Origin: Gracilimonas sp.
GTDB lineage: Bacteria; Bacteroidota; Rhodothermia; Balneolales; Balneolaceae
Direction of reading: 5' to 3'
Length of the DNA: 64,000 nt
NCBI RefSeq assembly: GCF_014762685.1
Contig: NZ_JABURM010000006.1
Span: forward strand, 296,384 to 360,383
Part shown: positions 54,766-63,482 of the stretch, in pieces
Position numbering within the stretch: the first letter of the stretch is position 1
Layout: each line of letters starts with the position of its first letter
Translations under genes and position numbers: made by a program
Notes under the pieces: model-generated
Databases searched by the model: none
What the model was told of the DNA's origin: nothing
The model's input: only the letters and a program-made list of their open reading frames with translations

Positions 54766-56226
54766 TCAATCTTTCAAATGGTTCGCCTCCACCTCCAGCT
54801 GCCGAAGTATTCGATCGAGGTTGGGTCGATCCAAAAGGTGTCCCCGGAATACGACGGCCTCAATGCTTTGCGTGTTGCGGATGTCATCGAGAGGGTTTTT
54901 GTTCAACAGTACGAGGTCGGCGATCTTGCCAGGTGTGATGGATCCGAGGTCGTTTTCGCGCCCGAGATAGCGTGCGGGATTGATGGTTGCCGTTCGCAGG
55001 GCGTCGAGCGGCGTCATTCCACTCTCGACGAAGATTTCCAGCTCCTGGTGCAGTGTGAAACCTCCGGATACGTCTGAGCCTGCGAGAACCCCAACACCGG
55101 CATCATGCAGCTCATTGATCACACTCATTCGATAGTCGTGAAGCGGACGGAGACGGCGTTCGGGATCGAATTCGTCAGCCAATGCTTCCAGATCCATCGG
55201 CCATGTATACCGGAAGTTCGGATTGTTAGCCCACCGGGGATCATTGGCATGAGAGATCATTTTCTGAATGATGAGCGTGGGAACGACCCAGGTGCCGTGC
55301 GCTGCGAGATGCCCATACAGCTTACGGCACCGCTCCGGATCGAGACTTTCAAAAGGTTCCCATTCACTCCGGTTCCAGATGTCCAGCGCACCCTCAGAGG
55401 ACGGATCAGTATTTAGGTCACGGAGCCGAGATACATAGTGAGCGCGCAGCTCCTCCTCCCGATTGGAACAGGCGAATTCGACACCCGTGAGATGTTCAAC
55501 CGATCGCTGGCCAAGTTCCGCAGCTTCCCACAGGCTTACACTGATCGGAATTTCGCCGGCAACTTCCATTTCAAGTTCCCGGGCTCGCTCATGGAGGGCA
55601 CGATAGGACTCGGCGGAAAGGAGGCTGTACGGTTTTAGAAAGTCGAATCCCTGCGAATGGAGTTTGGTCACCACATTCCTGGCACGCTCAGGTCCGTCGA
55701 TTCTCATAACGGCTGCATCAGGAAAAATCGGAATAGGACCATCGAGAAGAGGACTACCGATTACCATGTGTGGCCCCAAAATCTCTCCGGCTTCGATTCG
55801 TTTCCGTAGCTCGATGGACTCAAGGCCTCCGCTGAGCTCGCGGGTGCCGGTAACGCCAAAGGCGAGATAGATCGGCATGTAAATTTCACGCTGTTCGGCA
55901 CCTTCCGGATCCGGAGTGTGGAAATCCCAAGGTACAGGTTTATACACGTCGTTGACATTGTGGATATGCATGTCCCACAGGCCCGGAATGAGGTATTTGC
56001 CCCTTCCATCGATTGTTGTTGCCCCGTCAGAAACTTTGATCTCATTTAAAGTTCCGACTGCGGTAATACGTTCTCCAGTAACGATGACGGACATACCGGG
56101 CATAGCCACACCCTCTTCGACGTCGATGATGGTGACGTTGGTGAATACAATAGGCTGGGCCGTCACCAAACCGCTTGCCAAAAGCAGGAGAGAGGAGAGA
56201 ATTAGGGCTGGTTTGATTGTTTTCAT
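54766..56226 (-). CDS. secreted amidohydrolase-superfamily enzyme (COG1228-like)
   Basis: Signal peptide, an HxH metal motif in GLWDMHIH, and a C-terminal G.I.PGK.ADLV.L..NPL.DI. Confidence 0.85.
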   Translation of the reverse strand: MKTIKPALILSSLLLLASGLVTAQPIVFTNVTIIDVEEGVAMPGMSVIVTGERITAVGTLNEIKVSDGATTIDGRGKYLIPGLWDMHIHNVNDVYKPVPWDFHTPDPEGAEQREIYMPIYLAFGVTGTRELSGGLESIELRKRIEAGEILGPHMVIGSPLLDGPIPIFPDAAVMRIDGPERARNVVTKLHSQGFDFLKPYSLLSAESYRALHERARELEMEVAGEIPISVSLWEAAELGQRSVEHLTGVEFACSNREEELRAHYVSRLRDLNTDPSSEGALDIWNRSEWEPFESLDPERCRKLYGHLAAHGTWVVPTLIIQKMISHANDPRWANNPNFRYTWPMDLEALADEFDPERRLRPLHDYRMSVINELHDAGVGVLAGSDVSGGFTLHQELEIFVESGMTPLDALRTATINPARYLGRENDLGSITPGKIADLVLLNKNPLDDIRNTQSIEAVVFRGHLLDRPNLDRILRQLEVEANHLKD

Positions 56227-56256
56227 GGTCCTGTGTCTGATTTTTATGATCTTCTG

Positions 56257-57741
56257 TTATTCATCATTTGTCTTCGATTTTTTGGCCGCAGCTTCTGCTT
56301 CTTTCAAAAGCTCATCCAACACCTGCCGGTCGAAATAGCGGCCGTTTGCCACCACAGCATGAATTTTCTGCGTGTTCGTGATGTCCTCCAGCGGGTTGGC
56401 GTCCAACAGAACGAGATCAGCGAGTTTGCCATTTTCTACAGTGCCAAGCGAGTCGATCACATTCAGATACCTGGCAGGGTTCAGCGTAGCCGTGCGGAGG
56501 GCTTCCTGCGGTGTAAATCCGGCTTCTACGAACAATTCCATCTCATCGTGTACACTAAAACCCGGATATAGATACGGATTACCGATGTCGGTACCAGCCA
56601 AAAAATTTGCCCCCGAATTAAGCATGGGGTTGAGCAATGACGATACCTTGTGATAATACTGACTGGAAAGTTCGTATTGCCGCTCATTTTGTTTTATAAA
56701 TTCTTCCGGAAATTCTTCCGACTCCATAGGGGCCTGCCAGATTGAGCGTTCTTCTTCCGGTATATATTTTAACCGCTCATCATTTATAAAACCGGGATCA
56801 TTTGAATAGGAAGAGGCTCTCAGGTTTACAAGGGTTGGACAAAACCAGGCATCCGAACTGCCGACAGACTCCAGCAGTACCGGAATACGTGTTGGTTCAT
56901 GATGCTCCAGTACATATTCAAACCATTTAAACAGATCGATTTGACCTGTTGAATTTACAATAATGGTATCATTATCCCTGATCAGTTGCTGAAGTTCATC
57001 CGGGTTTTTCACGAGATGCTCTAAGCCGATCATATGTTCAATACTTTTCTGACCGGAGGCCATTGCTTCAGCAGTCGTGACCGACCAGGGTACATGCCCG
57101 GCAAAGGTATAACCCAGCTTGCGGGATTCTTCAGCAATGGCAAAATACGTTTCCCTAGATAGGTTCGAGTAGACTTTCACGAAATCATAGCCCGCAGCAT
57201 AAAGGTCGCGGACGACCTCTCTTCCTTCCTCGGGCGTGGCGGCGATAAGACTCCCGTCCCACAGTCCCGGAGGCCCGTCAACAATGGGACCGGAGTAATG
57301 GAAATTAAATCCGAGGTAGCTGCCATCTTTTCGTTTATCTATTACATCATGAATGCGCGCTCCGCCATGCATGGAACGCAGCCCCGTGATACCGTTTACC
57401 CGCAAAAGCGGAAGGACCCAATCGTCGGAGACTATATGCGCATGCATATCCCACAGTCCGGGAATGAGATATTTGCCCGTTCCGTCTATGATGGTTGCCT
57501 CATCTGGAACTTCAATCTCATCTGTGGTTCCGACGGCTGTGATGCGGTCTCCCGTAACGATGACGGACATATCGGGTTTGGCTACGCCCTCTTCAACATC
57601 AATGATGGTGACGTTGGTAAATGCAAGTTTGGTATTGCTATCATTCGAGCGTACCGGACCTGTATCCTGAGCAAACAACGGCAACGCTGTAAATAGCATC
57701 AGGATAATAGAGATTGAAGTTAGACGGCCTCTCTGTTTCAT
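56257..57741 (-). CDS. secreted amidohydrolase-superfamily enzyme (tandem paralog)
   Basis: The internal ATG at 57741 gives a signal peptide (MKQRGRLTSISIILMLFTALPLFAQ). GLWDMHAH is present, and the C-terminal G.VENGKLADLVLLDANPLEDI matches the neighbour. Confidence 0.85.
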   Translation of the reverse strand: MKQRGRLTSISIILMLFTALPLFAQDTGPVRSNDSNTKLAFTNVTIIDVEEGVAKPDMSVIVTGDRITAVGTTDEIEVPDEATIIDGTGKYLIPGLWDMHAHIVSDDWVLPLLRVNGITGLRSMHGGARIHDVIDKRKDGSYLGFNFHYSGPIVDGPPGLWDGSLIAATPEEGREVVRDLYAAGYDFVKVYSNLSRETYFAIAEESRKLGYTFAGHVPWSVTTAEAMASGQKSIEHMIGLEHLVKNPDELQQLIRDNDTIIVNSTGQIDLFKWFEYVLEHHEPTRIPVLLESVGSSDAWFCPTLVNLRASSYSNDPGFINDERLKYIPEEERSIWQAPMESEEFPEEFIKQNERQYELSSQYYHKVSSLLNPMLNSGANFLAGTDIGNPYLYPGFSVHDEMELFVEAGFTPQEALRTATLNPARYLNVIDSLGTVENGKLADLVLLDANPLEDITNTQKIHAVVANGRYFDRQVLDELLKEAEAAAKKSKTNDE

Positions 57742-57891
57742 ATAGTCCATCCCATAAGAATAAAGTGACATAACGGCCCGCAGCATAACCCCGATAGTTT
57801 TTTACTAGAAATGCATTCGCGGTAGTAAACAGTGAATAAACGGTGAAAAAACTGAAATAAGCAACTCTGTAATATAAATAAGCCCTAGCAG

Positions 57892-57916
57892 GCAACAGAG
57901 TGCATTTAAGTGAAAA
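57892..57916. repeat. right copy of the 25-nt direct repeat (GCAACAGAGTGCATTTAAGTGAAAA)
   Basis: 24/25 identity to 52599-52623. It lies about 25 nt beyond the tRNA-Arg terminator. Confidence 0.9.
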
Positions 57917-57941
57917 TGTTTGCCGTATGTTTGCCGCTCCT

Positions 57942-57988
57942 AAAAAAACAAAAGCCCTAAGATATTGTAAGTAAATATCTTAGGGCTT
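57942..57988 (-). terminator. rho-independent terminator of tRNA-Arg
   Basis: A 14-bp perfect stem AAGCCCTAAGATAT/ATATCTTAGGGCTT (57952-57965 / 57975-57988) with a 9-nt loop, followed on the minus strand by TTGTTTTTTT. Confidence 0.85.
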
Positions 57989-58006
57989 GGTATTAGTACG
58001 TCTATG

Positions 58007-58080
58007 TACGCCCGGAAGGATTCGAACCCTCAGCCTTCTGATCCGAAGTCAGACGCTCTATCCGGTTGAGCTACGGGCGC
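58007..58080 (-). tRNA. tRNA-Arg (anticodon UCG)
   Basis: The minus strand folds by hand into a cloverleaf: acceptor GCGCCCG/CGGGCGU, D-stem GCUC/GAGC, anticodon stem UCUGA/UCAGA with loop CU-UCG-GA, and T-arm GAGGG-UUCGAAU-CCUUC. It is 74 nt with discriminator A, and CCA is not encoded. Confidence 0.93.
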
Positions 58081-58203
58081 AGGTGAACATCGAACATTCA
58101 ACAAGGAACACTGAATGTTGAACTTGTTTATAGTTCGAATTTCAAAGAGCAGTAAATATAAGAATCCATGCATTCAGAAACATCCCTAAAAAGAATGGTT
58201 TTT

Positions 58204-59205
58204 TCAGAGGATCAGCATGGCATCGCCGAAAGAATAAAACCGGTATTCTTCCTTGATGGCGTGTTCATATAATCTCTTCATTTCCTCAAAACCCATAAAA
58301 GCAGCTACGAGCATAAGCAGGGTGCTTTTTGGTAAATGAAAATTGGTAATCAGCGAATCTGTGGCTTTGAATTTATAGCCCGGCGTGATGAAAATATCGG
58401 TATCCCTGCTCTCTGGAGAGAATAAACCGTCACCATCAACAGCACTCTCCAACACTCGCACACTGGTGGTTCCGACAGCCGTTTTGTGTTCTGCTGAATT
58501 CAGTGCATCACAGGTTTTTGAATTCAGCTGATACCACTCGCTGTGCATGTTGTGCTCGTCCAGGTTTTCAGTTTTCACTGGAGCAAATGTTCCCAGTCCT
58601 ACATGCAGGGTAACCTCTGTTTTTTGCACGCCCTTTTGTTCTAATTTTTGAAGGAGAGAATCAGTGAAATGCAATCCCGCCGTGGGAGCGGCTTTACTGC
58701 CAAGGTCTTTGGCATAAACCGTTTGATACTCGTCGGCCAGTGATTCATCCTGTTCGATGTAAGGTGGAAAAGGAGTGTACTTATAGGGTTCGAGTTTGGC
58801 GGAATCTAAATCACAGGAAAGAATTAAAGTACGCAAGCCGTCTTCTGTTATATTTGTGACTTCGGCGGTAACGCCTTCCGCCAATTCAATCTCTTTTCCC
58901 TTCTTAAACTTTTTACCCGGCCTCACTAAAGCCTCTATCGTATTATTATTTCGTACTGAGGTTACAAAAAGCTCTTTTTTACCCTCATCAAACAACAAGC
59001 GACACTTTTCTACTTTGCTGTTATTTACTACCAGTGTGGTATTTTTGGGAAGGTGATTCCCAAGATTATAAAACAGGTCGTCGGTAATTTTCCCCGAGCT
59101 TCGATCATAAACCAACAGGCGTGCATGGTCACGCGGGGAGGCCGGTGATTGAGCAATAAGTTTTTCGGGGAGCTCGTAATCAAAATCTGAGAGGGTAAAC
59201 TTCAT
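58204..59205 (-). CDS. queA: S-adenosylmethionine:tRNA ribosyltransferase-isomerase
   Basis: N-terminal F.YELPE.LIAQ.P...RD..RLLV and C-terminal TNFHLPKSTLLMLV.AF, ...YRF.S.GDAMLI. Confidence 0.95.
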   Translation of the reverse strand: MKFTLSDFDYELPEKLIAQSPASPRDHARLLVYDRSSGKITDDLFYNLGNHLPKNTTLVVNNSKVEKCRLLFDEGKKELFVTSVRNNNTIEALVRPGKKFKKGKEIELAEGVTAEVTNITEDGLRTLILSCDLDSAKLEPYKYTPFPPYIEQDESLADEYQTVYAKDLGSKAAPTAGLHFTDSLLQKLEQKGVQKTEVTLHVGLGTFAPVKTENLDEHNMHSEWYQLNSKTCDALNSAEHKTAVGTTSVRVLESAVDGDGLFSPESRDTDIFITPGYKFKATDSLITNFHLPKSTLLMLVAAFMGFEEMKRLYEHAIKEEYRFYSFGDAMLIL

Positions 59206-59220
59206 TCCCCAAAGGTCAAC

Positions 59221-59877
59221 TTAATTGAGAATAATCTCAAAGTAATTTACTTGATTCGGTTCAACCTTCACTTTTTCCGTTTCAAGGACATTTTCACCAT
59301 CCGTTATAATAATTTCAAGACTGTCCGTGACTTCAAAACCTCCGCTACCTGTGATAAACGATTGCCCTATAGATAAGTAGTGAATGTTTAAATTAAATTC
59401 GCCGTTGGCATTTGTTCTTGTAAAGGGAAGGCTTTCAGGCAGTGCGGTATCCGGCTTACTGATTACAAACAGATTTCCTGCTACTTGTACGGCTGTGTTC
59501 CTGACTTCATAGCCAAAGATTCCATTACTTAGTAATGAATCCGGGATACTAATTTCTTGTTGCCCTGTTTGTAATGAATCATTGAAAAAAGTTGCCAACA
59601 CGGTATCACTTCCATTTCTATACAAGTTACCTGTATAAAGCCCTTCATCTTGTATGTTTACTGAAATGGTTAGATCCTCTTCTCCCTGTCCACTAACGAT
59701 AAAGCCACCCGGGTTAAAATGATTGCGAATGTGAATGCTGGCATTATTTACGGGCTCACCGTTAGACGTGACCATCCCTTCCACATCTTCATAAACCGGG
59801 GGTTTGTCACTATTATTCAAACAACCGGTCACCAAAAAAAATGGTGCGACTAAAAAAAGTAACTGTTTAGTCTTCAA
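59221..59877 (-). CDS. hypothetical lipoprotein
   Basis: Signal peptide plus lipobox (VTGC) and a beta-rich composition. There is a 2-nt gap from dxs upstream, so it is probably co-transcribed. Confidence 0.6.
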   Translation of the reverse strand: MKTKQLLFLVAPFFLVTGCLNNSDKPPVYEDVEGMVTSNGEPVNNASIHIRNHFNPGGFIVSGQGEEDLTISVNIQDEGLYTGNLYRNGSDTVLATFFNDSLQTGQQEISIPDSLLSNGIFGYEVRNTAVQVAGNLFVISKPDTALPESLPFTRTNANGEFNLNIHYLSIGQSFITGSGGFEVTDSLEIIITDGENVLETEKVKVEPNQVNYFEIILN

Positions 59878-59879
59878 AA

Positions 59880-61802
59880 TTATACCTTCAAGTGAGTTTT
59901 TTGTTTTACGCTGTGTATGATTCCGACAACACCAATTCCAATTTCCTCATGGAGTTCTTCCTGTGTGCCGTGTTCTATTATACGATCAGGAATGCCCATT
60001 ATTTTAAGGGTCGGCCGATCCGGCTTTTCGGCAATATATTCAGCAACTGCACTGCCAAAACCACCCAACTGTGAGCCATCTTCCAAAGTTATGATATGCT
60101 CATATTTCCGGCACACTTCATCCACCAAATCAACATCAAGCGGTTTAGCAAAGCGCATATCATAATGCCCGATCTCAATACCCTCTCCTGATAATTTTTC
60201 GGCTGCTTCTATGGCATATTTCCCAATCGGCCCAAAGCTCAGAATGACAACATCTTCTCCCTCTCTCAATTGAACTCCTTTTCCAATTTCAATTGATTTA
60301 AACCCTTCTTGAACTTGCATGCCTGTAGCTCTGCCCCGGGGATAGCGAATGGCCCACGAGGCTTCATCATAATTAGAAGCAGTGAACATCATATCCCGTA
60401 AGTCCTGCTCATTCAAAGGAGACGAAATAACCATATTCGGAATCGCTCTCATAAAGGAAATATCATACGCCCCGTGATGTGTCGGCCCATCAGCGCCCAC
60501 TAATCCGGCACGGTCAATGCAAAAAACCACCGGAAGGTTTTGGATCGCCACATCGTGAACTAACTGATCATATCCTCGTTGCAAAAAAGATGAGTAAATA
60601 GCACAAAATGGTTTTTTACCTTCGGCTGCCAATCCCGCAGCAAAAGTAACAGCATGTTGTTCGGCAATACCCACATCAAACGCACGCTCCGGGAAAGTAT
60701 TCATCATTGGCAGCAGGCTGGAGCCGCTGGGCATGGCCGGGGTCATACTTACAATTCGTTCATCGTTGGAAGCAAGCTCAACCAATGCTTCACCAAATAC
60801 ATCCTGATATTTAGGAGCTGACTTTGAGGCTGTCGGCTTGGGGGCAACCAAGGATTTCCCAGTAATTTTATCAAACGGGCTGCTGGATGCGTGCCATTTG
60901 GTTTGCTCCCGTTCAGCCGGAGCAAATCCTTTTCCTTTTACGGTAACAATATGAAGTAATTTCGGGCCTTTTACATCTTTCAGGTCTTCTAAGATACCGC
61001 GGAGACCATCTACATCATGCCCGTCTGTGGGACCGTAATATTTAAAACCGAGCGCCCGGAATAAAGATCCGGGTGTTAGTGCAGCCGTCATAGCTTTTTC
61101 AAGTCTCGACGCCACCTTCCTCATTTTCTCCCCCGCCGATTTGAAATGCCCCAACATATCATAGATATCATCCCTCATTTTATTAAACGTCTTACTGGTG
61201 GTGATATCGGCTAAATATTCTTTAAGTGCACCAACATTGGGGTCAATCGACATATTATTGTCATTCAGAATAACCAAAATATCACTGTTCATAGCGCCGG
61301 CATTATTCATGGCTTCAAATGCAAGCCCGGCGGTCATAGCTCCATCGCCGATTACAGCGACCACTTTCTTGTCAGACTTATCGAGATCACGGGCAACAGC
61401 CATTCCCAAAGCCGCAGAAATAGAAGTACTTGAATGCCCTACACCAAAAGTATCATATTCACTTTCAGAACGTTTGGGAAAACCTGATAATCCCCCATAA
61501 ACCCGATTTGTGTGAAACTGATCGCGCCGGCCTGTCAAAATCTTATGTCCATATGCCTGATGCCCTACATCCCATACTAACAGATCTTTTGGAGTATCGT
61601 ACACATAATGAAGGGCCGTAGTTAATTCCACTACTCCCAAACTGGCGCCAAAATGGCCTCCATTTACAGAAACCATATCTATGATGTATTGACGAAGTTC
61701 GTCGCATACATCTTGAAGTTGTATGGGCTTCAGCTTTTTAAGATCAGATGGGGAATTGATATTTGCCAGCAGTTTCCCCGGTTTGGGTTGTTTATGATCC
61801 AT
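59880..61802 (-). CDS. dxs: 1-deoxy-D-xylulose-5-phosphate synthase
   Basis: GGHFGASLG, VWDVGHQAY.HK, the GDGAMT.G TPP motif, and a transketolase-like C-terminal domain. Confidence 0.96.
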   Translation of the reverse strand: MDHKQPKPGKLLANINSPSDLKKLKPIQLQDVCDELRQYIIDMVSVNGGHFGASLGVVELTTALHYVYDTPKDLLVWDVGHQAYGHKILTGRRDQFHTNRVYGGLSGFPKRSESEYDTFGVGHSSTSISAALGMAVARDLDKSDKKVVAVIGDGAMTAGLAFEAMNNAGAMNSDILVILNDNNMSIDPNVGALKEYLADITTSKTFNKMRDDIYDMLGHFKSAGEKMRKVASRLEKAMTAALTPGSLFRALGFKYYGPTDGHDVDGLRGILEDLKDVKGPKLLHIVTVKGKGFAPAEREQTKWHASSSPFDKITGKSLVAPKPTASKSAPKYQDVFGEALVELASNDERIVSMTPAMPSGSSLLPMMNTFPERAFDVGIAEQHAVTFAAGLAAEGKKPFCAIYSSFLQRGYDQLVHDVAIQNLPVVFCIDRAGLVGADGPTHHGAYDISFMRAIPNMVISSPLNEQDLRDMMFTASNYDEASWAIRYPRGRATGMQVQEGFKSIEIGKGVQLREGEDVVILSFGPIGKYAIEAAEKLSGEGIEIGHYDMRFAKPLDVDLVDEVCRKYEHIITLEDGSQLGGFGSAVAEYIAEKPDRPTLKIMGIPDRIIEHGTQEELHEEIGIGVVGIIHSVKQKTHLKV

Positions 61803-61813
61803 AATTTTTTCTA

Positions 61814-62017
61814 TTACTGCGTATTAGCTTCGTTTACCTGTTCTATACGAAGCTCGGCTTGCTCAAGAATTTCCGTGCAAAATTTAGACATTTTAACGCC
61901 TTCCTCGTACAGTTTAACGGAATCCTCCAGTGTAATGTCTTCGTCTTCAAGTTGTTCCACTATAGATTCCAATTTCTTTAAAGCCTCTTCGAAGCTAAGT
62001 CGTTCCTTTTCTGACAT
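61814..62017 (-). CDS. xseB: exodeoxyribonuclease VII small subunit
   Basis: 67 aa with SFEEALKKLE.IV..LE......L..S...YE.G in the family pattern. Confidence 0.85.
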   Translation of the reverse strand: MSEKERLSFEEALKKLESIVEQLEDEDITLEDSVKLYEEGVKMSKFCTEILEQAELRIEQVNEANTQ

Positions 62018-62140
62018 TAAGTTTTCTTCAACAATTTAATTATAACCTTCAATAACCCTGAAGGATACCGGTTTTTTAGCAAAAAGGCATGTTTTGAAAC
62101 ACCAGTAAGCCCTAAAATAAATTCTATCTCATAAAATAAT

Positions 62141-63376
62141 TTATTCTTTCAGCCTATAAGGCAACCTGTTTAGAACAAGATGCCCATTACTCATAACCAG
62201 GATAACATCCTGAGTAGATTTTATATCTTCAATCGGGTTGCTGTTTAGGACAACCAGGTCTGCCTCAAATCCCGGGGCAATTTGGCCGGTTTTGTCATCA
62301 ATTTGCAATAACCTGGCTGCATCTGTTGTTGCCGCCCGTAATGCCTCAAAAGGGGAAAAGCCCATTTCTACAAAAAAGGTCATTTCATGGCTAACGCGTG
62401 TAAGGCTGTTTGGTCCATAACCGGTATCTGCCCCGGTAACAATCGTTACTCCCAGTTCTCGTGCTTTTTTTACTGTTTCTTCCAATTCCGGCAACATGTG
62501 TCTTCCGCGGTTTCTGAGAATGGGATTATCATAATCGCCGCCGGGCTGTGTTAGATCATACACTGTACTGAAAGTTGGTACAAAAAATGTTCCCTTTTCG
62601 GCCATTAGCTTCAGTGTTTGCTCACTTAAATAAGTTCCATGTTCTATACTCCTTGCTCCCGCCCGAACCGCTGCGTATGAACCTTCATCTCCATGGGCAT
62701 GAATCTGGATTGGGACATCATACTTGGCAGCCTCATCTACAACAACTTTCAGCTGTTCCTGAGAATACGTTTGCTTGCGGGGGTCCGTATTTGGCAAACC
62801 GGCTCTTTCCGTTCCCCTTGTCTTAATGAACATCGCTCCTCGTTCAACATTGACCCTGACAAGCTTCCGCAGAGCTTCTTCACTGGTCACACCATTAAAA
62901 AGTGAAGCAAGTTCAGGGTCCGCCAAAATACTTTCACCTAAATCAGGGGTTACGAATATGCCGGCTGGTATCATATCCGGCCCGGCCAAATAGTTATTAT
63001 CAACTAAATTTTTAATCGCTACATCCTGGAAATAAGACACGCTTGAGCTTCTTACAGTCGTGACGCCGGAGTGCAAAGCTCGTTCAGCGGCAGACATAGA
63101 ACTAAGGTGGGTGTGGGCATCCATGAAACCTGAAAGTATATACTTGCCATCTAAATCTATGGAATTATATCCTTCCGGGGCTTGATTTTCACCGCGGATA
63201 ATTCTCTCAATTTTTCCTTCGGATACTAATATCATCGCATTTTTAACTATCTCTTCACTTTCTTGATCAACAAGGTGCCCATTTACAAATGCATAATTTT
63301 TATGTTCAAGTTGTTGAGCCCAAAGAGGGCTGCTAAATACAAATGCAAGGACTATAGTAAGAATGGATTTTTTCAT
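62141..63376 (-). CDS. secreted amidohydrolase-superfamily enzyme (third member in the window)
   Basis: The internal ATG at 63376 gives a signal peptide (MKKSILTIVLAFVFSSPLWAQ). GFMDAHTHL provides the HxH motif, and the C-terminus reads G.I.PGF.ADLVVL..NP..DI. Confidence 0.85.
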   Translation of the reverse strand: MKKSILTIVLAFVFSSPLWAQQLEHKNYAFVNGHLVDQESEEIVKNAMILVSEGKIERIIRGENQAPEGYNSIDLDGKYILSGFMDAHTHLSSMSAAERALHSGVTTVRSSSVSYFQDVAIKNLVDNNYLAGPDMIPAGIFVTPDLGESILADPELASLFNGVTSEEALRKLVRVNVERGAMFIKTRGTERAGLPNTDPRKQTYSQEQLKVVVDEAAKYDVPIQIHAHGDEGSYAAVRAGARSIEHGTYLSEQTLKLMAEKGTFFVPTFSTVYDLTQPGGDYDNPILRNRGRHMLPELEETVKKARELGVTIVTGADTGYGPNSLTRVSHEMTFFVEMGFSPFEALRAATTDAARLLQIDDKTGQIAPGFEADLVVLNSNPIEDIKSTQDVILVMSNGHLVLNRLPYRLKE

Positions 63377-63482
63377 GATATGATTAGAAAAGTTCTTTTT
63401 TGGATGAATAGGATTATAACAAAAGTTATTTACTAAAACTGCCAGCACACAGAACTCACTATCTCAACTTTTATACCATGTA

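Noticed and set aside
57641-57895. An 84-aa minus-strand ORF, together with the upstream extension (MLRAVMSLYSYGMDY) of the second amidohydrolase.
   Set aside because: The ATG at 57741 gives a canonical signal peptide. The 84-aa ORF is out of frame, overlaps the real N-terminus and is Tyr/Phe-rich nonsense.
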